Shown: positions 1-10,188, counted from the stretch's first letter. The stretch: DNA of 64,000 nt from Gammaproteobacteria bacterium (GCA_030148865.1 JASBSR010000040.1:62518-126517); one strand, 5' to 3'. Made by a program: numbers and translations. Notes: generated by a model from the letters alone, not told the origin.

Positions 1-220
1 CAATCCACCACGCTGGCCTGAAGCGACTGCTATCGTGAAGCGTATTCTGAAAGCCTATAAAGAAGATGCCAAAGACTGGGAACGCATTAACGACTGGATT
101 GAACGTATCGGCTGGCCGCGTTTCTTCGAGGCCACTGGCCTGCCGTTCACCAAGTATCATATTGATAACTGGCGCGGCGCTCGTAACAGCTTAAACGCAT
201 CCACACATATCCGCTTCTAA
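1..220 (+). CDS. dsrB: Dissimilatory sulfite reductase beta subunit, C-terminal fragment (5' end outside window)
   Basis: Open frame runs in from the window edge and ends ...ERIGWPRFFEATGLPF...STHIRF. It lies immediately upstream of dsrEFHC, the conserved position of dsrB. Confidence 0.55.
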   Translation, partial: NPPRWPEATAIVKRILKAYKEDAKDWERINDWIERIGWPRFFEATGLPFTKYHIDNWRGARNSLNASTHIRF

Positions 221-234
221 TATAGGAATCACTT

Positions 235-627
235 GTGAAGTTTGGTATTCAAATAAACGAAGGGCCGTACCAGCATCAGGCGGCTGATAGTGCCTATCAG
301 TTCGCCAAAGCTGCCCTGGCTAACGGACACGAAATATTTCGCGTGTTCTTCTACCACGACGGCGTCAACAACGCGACCCGGCTTGCAGTTCCACCGCAGG
401 ACGATCGCAATGTTGGCCAGCTCTGGTCTGATCTTGCTAAAGAGCATAATCTTGATTTAGTCGTATGTATTGCCGCTGCCCAGCGTCGTGGCCTGCTTGA
501 CGAAGATGAAGCAAAACGCCAGGGCAAAGATGCAAACAACATCGCTGAAGGTTTTCGCATTTCAGGTCTGGGTCAATTGATCGAGGCCGGTATTGAAAGC
601 GATCGTCTTGTTGTATTTGGCGCATAA
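235..627 (+). CDS. dsrE: DsrE sulfurtransferase subunit of the DsrEFH complex
   Basis: 130 aa, GTG start preceded by AGGA. DsrE/TusD-like sequence (MKFGIQINEGPYQHQA...). First of three small DsrE-family ORFs between dsrB and dsrC. Confidence 0.8.
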   Translation: MKFGIQINEGPYQHQAADSAYQFAKAALANGHEIFRVFFYHDGVNNATRLAVPPQDDRNVGQLWSDLAKEHNLDLVVCIAAAQRRGLLDEDEAKRQGKDANNIAEGFRISGLGQLIEAGIESDRLVVFGA

Positions 628-639
628 GGGGAAGAGATA

Positions 640-1044
640 ATGGCTACTAAAAAATTCATGTATCTCAACCGCAAGGCACCTTACGGTACTGTCTATGCGC
701 TTGAATCACTCGAAGTTGTACTGATTGGTGCGGCATTTGAACAGGACGTCAGTCTGGCATTTATAGGCGATGGCGTTTATCAGCTGGTCAAAGGTCAGAA
801 GACTGATGGCATTGGCATGAAAAACTTCTCGCCCACATTCGCAGCTCTCGGTGATTACGAAGTCAACAAAATTTATGTTGAAAAAGAATCTCTCGAAGAA
901 CGCGGCCTGACGCTGGAAGATTTACAGCACCTGGTCTGGGAAGATGAAGACGACGATTATGCTGAAAAAGATTCTATCCGTCTGGTTAATCGCAGCGAAC
1001 TAGCTGATGTGCTTGACGATCAAGACATCGTACTGAGTTTCTAG
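640..1044 (+). CDS. dsrF: DsrF subunit of the DsrEFH complex
   Basis: 134 aa DsrE/DsrF-family ORF, 12 nt after dsrE with an RBS. Canonical dsrEFH order. Confidence 0.8.
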   Translation: MATKKFMYLNRKAPYGTVYALESLEVVLIGAAFEQDVSLAFIGDGVYQLVKGQKTDGIGMKNFSPTFAALGDYEVNKIYVEKESLEERGLTLEDLQHLVWEDEDDDYAEKDSIRLVNRSELADVLDDQDIVLSF

Positions 1045-1053
1045 GAGATAATT

Positions 1054-1356
1054 ATGTCAACTTTACACACTGTCAACAAATCTCCTTTCGAGACAAACGT
1101 GCTGGAAATCTGCATTAGTCTTGCAAAATCCGGCTCTACGGTTCTTCTATATGAAGACGGCGTTTATGCTGCAACCGAAGGCACTCGTGCTGCGGTTGCA
1201 ATCAAAAATGCAAATGGTATTTCCTTCTGTGTACTTGGCCCTGACCTACAGGCACGCGGCATAGAAGGTAAATTGGCTAACGATATCAAAGTCGTTGATT
1301 ACGACGGTTTCGTTGATTTAGTCGCTGGGCATGACACGATTCAGGCCTGGCTTTAA
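1054..1356 (+). CDS. dsrH: DsrH subunit of the DsrEFH complex
   Basis: 100 aa DsrH/TusB-like ORF, tightly spaced after dsrF. Confidence 0.75.
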   Translation: MSTLHTVNKSPFETNVLEICISLAKSGSTVLLYEDGVYAATEGTRAAVAIKNANGISFCVLGPDLQARGIEGKLANDIKVVDYDGFVDLVAGHDTIQAWL

Positions 1357-1393
1357 GATATTTTAATTTTATTCTCAACGAGGAGCGCACATC

Positions 1394-1729
1394 ATGGCGG
1401 CTATCGAAGTAAACGGTAAAAGTTACGAAGTAGATGAAGAGGGTTACCTTTCTGACCTGAATCAATGGGACAAAGACGTTGCTGAAGCAATGGCAAACGC
1501 AGAAGATTGTAAGTTGACTGATGAACACTGGGATATCATCAACTTCCTGCGTGAATATTATGAAGAGTACCAGATTGCACCTGCAGTCCGCGTTCTGACC
1601 AAAGCAGTTGGCAAGAAACTGGGTAAAGATAAAGGCAACAGCAAGTATCTGTACGAACTGTTCCCTTATGGTCCTGGTAAGCAGGCATGTAAATATGCCG
1701 GTCTGCCAAAACCAACTGGTTGCGTATAA
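1394..1729 (+). CDS. dsrC: DsrC sulfur-carrier protein
   Basis: 111 aa. Characteristic C-terminal arm ...GLPKPTGCV with the two conserved Cys (CxxxxxxxxxxC) of DsrC/TusE. Sits between dsrH and dsrM. Confidence 0.9.
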   Translation: MAAIEVNGKSYEVDEEGYLSDLNQWDKDVAEAMANAEDCKLTDEHWDIINFLREYYEEYQIAPAVRVLTKAVGKKLGKDKGNSKYLYELFPYGPGKQACKYAGLPKPTGCV

Positions 1730-1744
1730 GCTCTGGTACGACCC

Positions 1745-1775
1745 GAAGGGGGTCACAAGACCCCCTTCTTCATTT
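1745..1775 (+). terminator. GC-rich hairpin followed by a short T tract after dsrC; possible partial terminator or attenuator
   Basis: gaagggggtc-acaa-gacccccttc (10-bp perfect stem) followed by ttcattt, 16 nt after the dsrC stop. Confidence 0.4.
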
Positions 1776-1809
1776 AACACTTAGTAATAGCAGGCGAGAC
1801 ACCTAAACA

Positions 1810-2586
1810 ATGACCGCTTTAAGTATTATTTACGTCATACTTTTTTATCTGGCGATGATCACCCTGGTGGTAGGCGTGGCCAATAAAATTGTGCAATACG
1901 TGCGTGTGCCTGCTCCGCTGAAAATTGCGGTAACTCCTGCGCCGATTACTCGCGGCGGTGTGGTTTATAGATTCTTTACCGAGGTTGTTTTTTTCAACAG
2001 CCTGTTTCGCGCAACCAAGTGGACCTGGATATTCGGCTGGATATTCCACCTTTCCCTGTTGCTCGCGTTTTTCCGTCACCTGCGTTATGTGATTAGCCCG
2101 AATTCATTTCTGTGGCCGCTGGTGAATCTGGAAGTGGTGCAAAGCTTTGGCAAATACGCCGGCTTTGCCATGCTGTTTGGCCTGACCGGATTATTTGTGC
2201 GTCGCATCTTTGTCGACCGCGTACGTTATATTTCTTCCCCTTCTGATTATTTGATGCTGCTGCTGATTTTTGCGATTGCTGGCACCGGTCTGCTAATGAG
2301 TTTCTCAAAAGAAGTGGGCATTAGCGGAGTTGACATTATTCAGCTAAAAGCTTTTGTCATGGGCCTGTTCCTGCTTGACTGGCAGAGCCTGCCTGGCGAT
2401 ATTATTCTACTGGTGCACCTGACCATGGTGCTATTCCTGATGATGATTTTCCCCGTGAGCAAACTGTTACACGCGCCGGGTTTGTTCTTTGCTCCGACTC
2501 GCTACCAGGTCGACAATCCGCGTGAAAAGCGCCATTTGTCTGATTGGGGTGCAGCGATCGAAGCTAAAGACGGCAGAAATGCTTAA
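1810..2586 (+). CDS. dsrM: DsrM, membrane dihaem b subunit (NarI-like) of the DsrMKJOP complex
   Basis: 258 aa polytopic membrane protein with NarI-like helices, immediately upstream of dsrK. Confidence 0.8.
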   Translation: MTALSIIYVILFYLAMITLVVGVANKIVQYVRVPAPLKIAVTPAPITRGGVVYRFFTEVVFFNSLFRATKWTWIFGWIFHLSLLLAFFRHLRYVISPNSFLWPLVNLEVVQSFGKYAGFAMLFGLTGLFVRRIFVDRVRYISSPSDYLMLLLIFAIAGTGLLMSFSKEVGISGVDIIQLKAFVMGLFLLDWQSLPGDIILLVHLTMVLFLMMIFPVSKLLHAPGLFFAPTRYQVDNPREKRHLSDWGAAIEAKDGRNA

Positions 2587-2645
2587 AAACACAGATTGGC
2601 CCATTAAAAAAGTTACAACCGGTACTGTGAAACAAGGTTAAAAAC

Positions 2646-4181
2646 ATGGCAGACTTCGAAACACCGCAAACCCACGAGTTCCCCGTCATCCCTACGGTGA
2701 TGGAAGGTGCTATGGCTCATAGTTCGCCGTTTGTCGCGAGCGCTGAGTTTCAGAGCGAGATGGGATTCCCCGGTGATGGCGGACTGATCGAAGGCTGGAA
2801 AGATAGATTTCTCGATCTGCTTGACGACAAACTCGGCAAATACCGTTCGCTGCAGGTGTTTATGGACACTTGCGTGAAATGCGGCGCCTGTACTGACAAA
2901 TGCCATTATTTCCTCGGCACCAGCGATCCAAAAAATATGCCGGTGGCACGTCAGGATCTACTGCGTAAGGTATATCGCCGCTATCACACATTTGCAGGAA
3001 AATACTTCCCGAAACTGGTGGGCGCGATTGATCTGACTGAAGACGTCGTCAACGATATGTATTCGTACTATCATCAGTGCTCTGAATGCCGCCGTTGCGC
3101 GGTGTTCTGCCCGTTCGGTATCGATACTGCTGAAGTCACCATGGCCGCGCGCGATATTCTGGCGCAGGTGGGCCTGGGTCAGAAATACTCGAATCAGATT
3201 ATTCCCAAAGTCCACAAGATTGGTAACAACCTCGGCCTGCCTGAGAAAGCACTCGCGGATACTCTGGAAGGTCTGGAAGAAGATGTGGAAGACGATACCG
3301 GCGTTAAGGTTCGTTTCCCGCTGGACGAAAAAGGTGCTGACATTTTACTGGTCACGCCGTCTGCTGACTTCTTTGCTGAGCCCCACGTCGATGGCCTCAT
3401 GGGTTACGGCAAAGTATTTCATGCTGCCGGCGTGAGCTGGACCTTGAGCTCAAAAGCCTCAGAAGCCGCCAACTTTGGTTTATTCATTGGTAGCTACGAA
3501 CAAATGCGTCAGGTATCACTGCGTATTCGTGATGCCGCCAAAGAGCTTGGCGTTAAGCGCATTGTGTTTGGTGAGTGCGGCCACGCCTGGCGCGTTGCCT
3601 ACAATCACCTGAACACACTGGCCGGCCCATGGGATTTTCTTGATCAGAGCTATCCGATTCCACAGCACATACTGGAATTCACCAAGGATTGCTTAGACCG
3701 CGGTATTTTAAATATCGACAAGTCACAAAATGATGATATGACGCTGACTTTCCACGATTCGTGTAACATCGCCCGTGCCTCACGCATTGGTGCAGAACCA
3801 GGCAGCCAGTTCACCACGCCGCGCGAAGTGATTAAAGCGGTGTGTAATAATTTTTACGATATGTCGGCAGACACCATCCACGATGCCACCTTCTGCTGTG
3901 GCGGCGGCGGCGGTCTGCTCACCGATGATCTGATGGAGCTGCGCGTAAAAGGCGCACTGCCAAGAATGGAATCGCTGAAGAATGTCATCGCCGACAAAGG
4001 CGTAACACACATGGCCGCGATTTGCGCCATCTGTAAATCACAGTTTACAAAAGTCCTGCCCTACTACGGCATGACCATGGATCAGATAGTGAGTGTTCAC
4101 CAGCTGGTTGGCAATGCCATCATTCTTGATGGTCAGGGCGACGACGCGGATGAATCTGACGACGCAGACGAAGCTGCATAA
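2646..4181 (+). CDS. dsrK: DsrK, HdrD-like iron-sulfur catalytic subunit
   Basis: 511 aa. Ferredoxin motifs CVKCGACTDKC and CSECRRCAVFCP, plus an HdrD-type CCG region (FCCGGGGG). Confidence 0.85.
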   Translation: MADFETPQTHEFPVIPTVMEGAMAHSSPFVASAEFQSEMGFPGDGGLIEGWKDRFLDLLDDKLGKYRSLQVFMDTCVKCGACTDKCHYFLGTSDPKNMPVARQDLLRKVYRRYHTFAGKYFPKLVGAIDLTEDVVNDMYSYYHQCSECRRCAVFCPFGIDTAEVTMAARDILAQVGLGQKYSNQIIPKVHKIGNNLGLPEKALADTLEGLEEDVEDDTGVKVRFPLDEKGADILLVTPSADFFAEPHVDGLMGYGKVFHAAGVSWTLSSKASEAANFGLFIGSYEQMRQVSLRIRDAAKELGVKRIVFGECGHAWRVAYNHLNTLAGPWDFLDQSYPIPQHILEFTKDCLDRGILNIDKSQNDDMTLTFHDSCNIARASRIGAEPGSQFTTPREVIKAVCNNFYDMSADTIHDATFCCGGGGGLLTDDLMELRVKGALPRMESLKNVIADKGVTHMAAICAICKSQFTKVLPYYGMTMDQIVSVHQLVGNAIILDGQGDDADESDDADEAA

Positions 4182-4240
4182 CACTAAAATTAGTTTTAAC
4201 GCATTACGCTTATAACGGTTGAAGCAACAGGAGAACTGGC

Positions 4241-6208
4241 ATGGCCACTTCCAAAGAAAACATGGTAAACGAAAAGTTAACCTTCAGAAAATTTGAAGAC
4301 GGTGATCAAAACTGGGGTGCACTCACTAATAAAATCTTCAAAGAAGATACTTCATATAAGTGTCCGACTTACGTTCACCGTACGCCACCTTGCCAGGGCA
4401 GCTGCCCTTCGGGTGAAGATATTCGCGGCTGGCTGGATATCGTTCGCGGTATCGAATCGCCATCAGAAGGCACCAGCATGAGCGAATACGCTTTTCGGCG
4501 CCTGACTGATGCCAACCCGTTTCCTTCTATGATGGGTCGCGTATGCCCAGCACCCTGTCAGGATGGCTGTAATCGTAATAATGTCGAGGACTTCGTTGGC
4601 ATTAATGCAGTTGAGCAGTATATCGGTGATACCGCATTCTCTAACAACTATAAATTCGATAACACCGCACCCATGACCGGCAAAAAAGTTGCCATCATCG
4701 GTGGTGGTCCTGCGGGCCTGGCGGCTGCCTATCAGTTGCGCCGTAAAGGTATCGCTTCAACCGTATTTGACGATCACTCAGAACTCGGTGGTATGTTCAA
4801 ATACGGTATTCCTGGTTATCGTACCCCACGCGACTACCTGAACAACGAAATTCAGCGCATCGTCGACATGGGCGAAATTGAAATCAAACTCAACACCCGC
4901 GTCGGTAAAGACGTCGCCGTCGACGCGCTTGAAAAAGAATACGACGCTGTGCTCTGGGCGATTGGCTGTAAAAGCGGTCGCGCACTGCCCGTGCCCAATG
5001 CCGATGCTCCTAACTGTGTATCGGGTGTTGCCTTCCTCGAAGCCTTCAATAAAGGCACGATGCAGGTCACTGCAGAAAAAGTGGTGTGTGTCGGCGGCGG
5101 TGATACTTCGATCGACGTGGTTTCAGTTGCACGTCGTCTGGGTAAAATCAACAACATCGACGACAGCAATCGTCCTGAGCAGGTCATCGGCGGTTATGTA
5201 GCTCACGACTCAGCTATGACAGCTTCACGTGAAGGCGCACAAGTGACCCTGACGTCATTGTTCCCGCGCGATCAAATGACTGCTGCTGAGCACGAAGTGG
5301 AAGATGCCACTGTCGAAGGCGTAGATATTCACACTGGAGTAATGCCGCTCGAGGTGATTGTCGATGCCAATGGCCGCGCCACCGCACTGAGAATGTGCAA
5401 GTGTGAACTGGTTGATGGCCGTCCCAGCAAAATCGAAGGCACTGAGTACGACATCGAAGCTGACCTGATCGTATCTGCGATTGGCCAGAGCGGTGACATG
5501 ACCGGCCTGGAAGACTTCGACAATGGTCGTGGTTTAATGGATGCCGACAGCTTCTACCGGGTACCGGGTAAAGACGGTCATTTCGTGTGTGGCGACATCG
5601 TCCGTCCTCACCTGCTGACTACTGCTATCGGTCAGGCTTCAATTGTTTCTGACACCATCGAAGCTTACTTCAAAGAAACTGATCTGCGTAAACGTCCTAA
5701 AGTTGACGTGCATCACTTCAAACTGATAAACAAACTGGATGAAGCCGGGCTGCATATTGATTCCTACAGTGCTGACAAATACCAGGATGATGCCCAACGC
5801 GGTACTGATCATCAGAAATATGCGATCCATAACTATGAGGACCGCTCAGCTCAGGAAATTATTTCTTCTGATCAGCTGTTCCTGGGTCATTTTTCATACA
5901 CTCCCCGTATCCAGCGCAAAACCATTGTGCCGACTTCAGAAGAAGTCCTGGGCCACTTTGCGGAACGCCAGATTGGTTACAGCGAAGAAGAAGCCGTTGC
6001 CGAAGCCGAACGTTGCATGAGTTGTGGTATGTGTTTCGAATGTGACAACTGTGTCATCTTCTGCCCTCAGGATGCGGTATTCCGCGTTAAGAAGAGCGAA
6101 AGCACCACTGGCCGTTATGTTGATACCGACTACAGCAAGTGTATTGGTTGCCATATCTGTGCTGATGTATGCCCCACTGGCTACATTGACATGGCGCTGG
6201 GCGAGTAA
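4241..6208 (+). CDS. dsrL: DsrL, NAD(P)H:acceptor oxidoreductase (glutamate synthase small-subunit-like)
   Basis: 655 aa. N-terminal FeS Cys cluster, dinucleotide-binding AIIGGGPAGLAAAY, C-terminal ferredoxin domain CMSCGMCFECDNCVIFCP and CIGCHICADVCP. Confidence 0.8.
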   Translation: MATSKENMVNEKLTFRKFEDGDQNWGALTNKIFKEDTSYKCPTYVHRTPPCQGSCPSGEDIRGWLDIVRGIESPSEGTSMSEYAFRRLTDANPFPSMMGRVCPAPCQDGCNRNNVEDFVGINAVEQYIGDTAFSNNYKFDNTAPMTGKKVAIIGGGPAGLAAAYQLRRKGIASTVFDDHSELGGMFKYGIPGYRTPRDYLNNEIQRIVDMGEIEIKLNTRVGKDVAVDALEKEYDAVLWAIGCKSGRALPVPNADAPNCVSGVAFLEAFNKGTMQVTAEKVVCVGGGDTSIDVVSVARRLGKINNIDDSNRPEQVIGGYVAHDSAMTASREGAQVTLTSLFPRDQMTAAEHEVEDATVEGVDIHTGVMPLEVIVDANGRATALRMCKCELVDGRPSKIEGTEYDIEADLIVSAIGQSGDMTGLEDFDNGRGLMDADSFYRVPGKDGHFVCGDIVRPHLLTTAIGQASIVSDTIEAYFKETDLRKRPKVDVHHFKLINKLDEAGLHIDSYSADKYQDDAQRGTDHQKYAIHNYEDRSAQEIISSDQLFLGHFSYTPRIQRKTIVPTSEEVLGHFAERQIGYSEEEAVAEAERCMSCGMCFECDNCVIFCPQDAVFRVKKSESTTGRYVDTDYSKCIGCHICADVCPTGYIDMALGE

Positions 6209-6244
6209 TTCGCAAATCACTAGGCGAGCAATAAGGCGAGAATT

Positions 6245-6709
6245 ATGACCAGGAGTTTTCTGCAACTCACCATCTTTTGCGGCATGTTTCTGCTAATGCT
6301 TTCTGGTAAAGCATTGGCAGAAACGCCGTTTCCAAAGATACATGAACCTGAAGGCGAAGGTGTCAAGTGCGTACAGCCGGAAGATGAAATTCGCAGAAAT
6401 CATATGAAATATATTCTGCACCAGCGTGATAAAACCGTGCACGAAGGTATCCGCACTGAGCGCTACAGCCTGGCAAAATGTATCGACTGCCACGTACAGC
6501 CAGATGAAAACGGCAAGATCGTCGATCACACCAGTGACGAGCATTTCTGTAATGCCTGTCATCAGTATGCCGCAGTGCAAATCGACTGTTTTGAATGCCA
6601 CGCTGATCGCCCGCAAAAATTCATCAAACGTAGCACTGACAAGCAGGCATTGAATCAACAGATGCAGGACATGCTGGCTAAAAAAACCAGCGATGGGAGC
6701 AATGAATAA
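6245..6709 (+). CDS. dsrJ: DsrJ, periplasmic trihaem cytochrome c
   Basis: 154 aa, signal peptide, three CxxCH motifs (CIDCH, CNACH, CFECH). Confidence 0.8.
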   Translation: MTRSFLQLTIFCGMFLLMLSGKALAETPFPKIHEPEGEGVKCVQPEDEIRRNHMKYILHQRDKTVHEGIRTERYSLAKCIDCHVQPDENGKIVDHTSDEHFCNACHQYAAVQIDCFECHADRPQKFIKRSTDKQALNQQMQDMLAKKTSDGSNE

Positions 6710-7452
6710 TGAGCGATTGCGTGAATAATTCAAGACGTGACTTTATTTCGAAAGTCGCACTCGCCGGCACTGTTACCCTCGCCCCCGGACTATTGCTGCA
6801 CACCGCCCAGGCCAAGCCTGATGACCAGGCAGTTTCCAGTAAAACCCGCTGGGGCATACTGATCGACACCAACAAATGCGGCAAAGGCTGCACTTCCTGT
6901 GTTGATGCCTGTAATGAAGAATTCGCCCTCATCGGCAGCATGCCGAATTCTGCGGATACTCAAAAAACTCAATATATTCGCAAGGTCACGCTCAAAGAAA
7001 AAACCACCGGTCATGAACAATCATTACCGTTATTATGCCAGCACTGCGAAAACCCACCGTGTGTTGATGTCTGCCCAACGGGTGCATCGTTTAAACGCGC
7101 TGACGGTATCGTACTGGTCGACAAGCATATCTGTATCGGCTGCCGCTATTGCATGATGGCCTGCCCATACAAAGCACGCTCTTTTGTGCATGAAGAAATC
7201 GTCAACCAGACACTGGCTGCACCACGCGGCAAAGGCACGGTTGAGTCCTGCACCATGTGCGTACATCGCGTTGACAAAGACCGTAACCCTGCCTGTGTCG
7301 AAGCCTGTAATGCAGACAATCACAACGCCATGATCTTTGGCGATATGAATGATCCTGAGAGTGCGCTTTCGGTAGAACTTAAAAACAATGGCGGCAAGCA
7401 AATCCGCGCCGATCTCGGCCTCAACACTGGTGTGCGCTACCAGGGCATCTAG
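6709..7452 (+). CDS. dsrO: DsrO, periplasmic Tat-targeted 4Fe-4S ferredoxin subunit
   Basis: 247 aa. Tat-like N-terminus (SRRDFISKVALAG) and multiple CxxCxxCxxxCP motifs. Start overlaps the dsrJ stop. Confidence 0.8.
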   Translation: MSDCVNNSRRDFISKVALAGTVTLAPGLLLHTAQAKPDDQAVSSKTRWGILIDTNKCGKGCTSCVDACNEEFALIGSMPNSADTQKTQYIRKVTLKEKTTGHEQSLPLLCQHCENPPCVDVCPTGASFKRADGIVLVDKHICIGCRYCMMACPYKARSFVHEEIVNQTLAAPRGKGTVESCTMCVHRVDKDRNPACVEACNADNHNAMIFGDMNDPESALSVELKNNGGKQIRADLGLNTGVRYQGI

Positions 7453-7473
7453 TTTTAAGAGAGAACGTTTTAG

Positions 7474-8676
7474 ATGAAAAAATTCGAATACTCGCAAATT
7501 AATGGCAAGAGCCTGGCGTACTTCGGTCTGCTCGCGGGCCTGGGCTTAATCGCAGTGATTGGTGTGCTTGCCAGCTGGTATATGGAACATAACGGCCACT
7601 ACGTGACTGGCATGAACAACCAGGTGATCTGGGGTACACCGCATATATTTGCCGTATTTTTGATCGTCGCGGCGTCAGGCGCGCTGAATGTGGCTTCGAT
7701 TGCATCTGTGTTCAGCAAAAAAATGTACGAACCGATGGCACGCTTATCCGCGCTGCTGGCCATCGCCCTGCTCGCCGGCGGTCTGGTCATTCTGCTGCTC
7801 GACCTCGGTCGTCCGGACAGACTGATCGTTGCCATGACCTATTACAATTTCAAATCCATCTTTGCCTGGAATATTATTCTGTATACCGGTTTCTTCGCCA
7901 TAGTCGGTACCTACATCTGGATGATGATGGATCACAATATGTACAAATACAAAAAAACCGTCGGCCTGGCGGCTTTTATCTGGCGACTGACACTCACCAC
8001 CGGTACCGGTTCAATTTTTGGTTTTCTGGTCGCGCGTTCCGCCTACGATGCCGCCCTGCTGGCACCGATGTTCATCATCATGTCATTTTCCTTCGGGCTG
8101 GCGATATTTATTCTGGTACTGATGGCCGCCTACAACTGGACAGGACGTGAGCTCGGTGACGTGGTGATTGCCCGCCTGCGTAAATTACTCGGCGTGTTCG
8201 TTGCCGCCGTGCTCTATTTTGTCATTGTTTACCACCTGACCAATCTCTACATTACCCAGCGTCATGGTGTTGAAGAGTTCATTCTATCTTCCGGCGGTAT
8301 TTACACCCAGCTGTTCTGGATCGGACAGGTGCTGATCGGTGGCCTGATTCCGCTGGTGCTGATTTATGCACCCGGTGTCAGCCAGTGTCGCAAGACCCTG
8401 GCCTTTGTCTGCACACTGGTCATTCTCGGCGGTCTCGCCCAGTTGTACGTCCTTATCATCGGTGGTCAGGCCTTCCCGCTGGATATATTCCCCGGCTACG
8501 AGGTCAGTAGTTCATTCTATGACGGTGTCATCGCCAGTTACTCACCTTCGTTACCCGAAGTCCTGCTCGGTCTCGGTGGCATCGCCGTCGCCCTGCTACT
8601 GGTCACCTTTGCGCTCAAAGTGCTGCGTTTTCTGCCACCGTCACTGGCTGATTCAGTCGCGGACCCGCACGCGTAG
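7474..8676 (+). CDS. dsrP: DsrP, NrfD/PsrC-like integral membrane quinone-interacting subunit
   Basis: 400 aa, about 10 TM helices, NrfD-like; follows dsrO. Confidence 0.8.
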   Translation: MKKFEYSQINGKSLAYFGLLAGLGLIAVIGVLASWYMEHNGHYVTGMNNQVIWGTPHIFAVFLIVAASGALNVASIASVFSKKMYEPMARLSALLAIALLAGGLVILLLDLGRPDRLIVAMTYYNFKSIFAWNIILYTGFFAIVGTYIWMMMDHNMYKYKKTVGLAAFIWRLTLTTGTGSIFGFLVARSAYDAALLAPMFIIMSFSFGLAIFILVLMAAYNWTGRELGDVVIARLRKLLGVFVAAVLYFVIVYHLTNLYITQRHGVEEFILSSGGIYTQLFWIGQVLIGGLIPLVLIYAPGVSQCRKTLAFVCTLVILGGLAQLYVLIIGGQAFPLDIFPGYEVSSSFYDGVIASYSPSLPEVLLGLGGIAVALLLVTFALKVLRFLPPSLADSVADPHA

Positions 8677-8688
8677 AAGCAATTAATA

Positions 8689-8799
8689 GTGAATAATGAA
8701 AGGCGACGCTTGCCAATAAACTATGGGCTTGCTTCAGGTCTGGTGTTTTCATTATTCATTGTTCATTATTCATTGCTCTTTTGAGCTGCGGCGCAGCTC
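8689..8799 (+). promoter_or_regulatory. Structured dsrP-dsrN intergenic region: inverted repeat, 14-bp tandem repeat and an RBS-occluding palindrome
   Basis: gtgaataatgaaagg (8689-8703) is the inverse of ttttcattattcatt (8746 onwards). ttcattattcattg occurs twice in tandem (8748-8761 and 8762-8775). Perfect palindrome gagctgcg-gc-gcagctc (8783-8799) abuts the dsrN ATG at 8800. Confidence 0.4.
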
Positions 8800-10188
8800 A
8801 TGTCTCGTCTGTTCATTTCTGCTGGCCACAAGTCTTCTGGCAAAACCACGGTCAGCATCGGCCTGTGCGCCGCCCTGACCGCTGCTGGTAACAGCGTACA
8901 GACCTTCAAAAAAGGCCCTGACTACATCGATCCACACTGGTTAGCCAAAGCCAGTGAGCGCCCGTGTTTTAATCTCGACTTTTACACCATGACACACGAT
9001 GAGATCAAAACCGCGTTCGCCCAGCACTCGGCAACGGCTGATATCAGTCTGATTGAAGGCAACAAGGGGCTCTACGACGGTCTTGATCTCGACGGCAGTA
9101 ACAGCAATGCCGCGCTGGCAATATTGCTGCATACGCCAGTGATACTGGTGCTGGACGCGCGCGGCATGACACGGGGCATCGCTCCGCTGATTCTCGGCTA
9201 CCAGGCATTCGATGCCAATATCAAGATTCGCGGCGTCATTCTCAACCAGCTCGGCGGGTCACGTCATGAAGCCAAACTGCGCAACGTAATCGAACACTAC
9301 ACCGATGTCAGCGTGGTCGGTGCTATTCATAAGGATGCGCGTTTCGATATCGACGAACGTCACCTTGGCCTGGTACCCAGTCACGAAGACCCGGCCTCGG
9401 CAACTAAAATTACTCTGTTGCGCGACGCCATCAGTGAACAGGTGGATCTCGACATGCTCCGGCACATCGCCAACACCGCGCCCGCGCTACCGAACACGAC
9501 CCCTGCCTCGCCGGCGTTTAGCAAAACCCGGCAGGATTTACGCATCGGTGTCGCGCGTAATGCAGCGTTCGGCTTTTATTACCCCGATGATCTGTTCGCG
9601 CTGGAACATGCTGGCGCCGAGCTTGTCGAAATTGACCCAATACGCGACCGCCAGCTACCCGAACTCGATGGCCTGATCATCGGCGGCGGCTTCCCGGAAA
9701 CCCACATGAGCGAATTATCGGCCAACCAGAGTATGCGTAGCGCCATCCACGAGGCGATTGGTGCCGGTCTGCCGGTCTATGCCGAGTGTGGTGGCCTGAT
9801 GTATCTGGCGCGATCGATCGAATGGCAGGGCGAAAACCACGCCATGGTGGGCAGTATCGCCGGGGACATCATCATGGAAGCTCGACCTCAGGGACGCGGC
9901 TACGTCCAGCTCAGCGAAAATACCGTCAGTCTCTGGCCAAACCCGACAAAGTCACAGATCTCGGCGCATGAGTTTCATTACTCGCGTTTTAAAAATCTGG
10001 ACAAAGATGCTAGATTTGCATTCTCCGTCAAACGCGGTACTGGTATCGATGGCAAGCATGATGGCTATATGTATAAGAATCTGCTGGCCTGTTACAGTCA
10101 CCAGCGCAGCACTGGCAGCAATCCATGGACACAACGCTTTGTTGATTTCGTAAGGCAACACAAACACAACACAACTACAGAAACATGA
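8800..10188 (+). CDS. dsrN: DsrN, sirohaem amidase (cobyrinic acid a,c-diamide synthase homolog)
   Basis: 462 aa. CbiA/CobB-like P-loop (GHKSSGKTT) and C-terminal glutamine amidotransferase domain (AECGGLMYL). Confidence 0.8.
   Translation: MSRLFISAGHKSSGKTTVSIGLCAALTAAGNSVQTFKKGPDYIDPHWLAKASERPCFNLDFYTMTHDEIKTAFAQHSATADISLIEGNKGLYDGLDLDGSNSNAALAILLHTPVILVLDARGMTRGIAPLILGYQAFDANIKIRGVILNQLGGSRHEAKLRNVIEHYTDVSVVGAIHKDARFDIDERHLGLVPSHEDPASATKITLLRDAISEQVDLDMLRHIANTAPALPNTTPASPAFSKTRQDLRIGVARNAAFGFYYPDDLFALEHAGAELVEIDPIRDRQLPELDGLIIGGGFPETHMSELSANQSMRSAIHEAIGAGLPVYAECGGLMYLARSIEWQGENHAMVGSIAGDIIMEARPQGRGYVQLSENTVSLWPNPTKSQISAHEFHYSRFKNLDKDARFAFSVKRGTGIDGKHDGYMYKNLLACYSHQRSTGSNPWTQRFVDFVRQHKHNTTTET

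Noticed and set aside
1286-1780. 164-aa minus-strand ORF antisense to dsrH and dsrC, plus similar antisense ORFs throughout the dsr operon (e.g. 5936-6265, 7033-7497)
   Set aside because: They fully overlap strongly supported dsr genes on the opposite strand. Low-complexity or unusual composition and no RBS context. Typical shadow ORFs.
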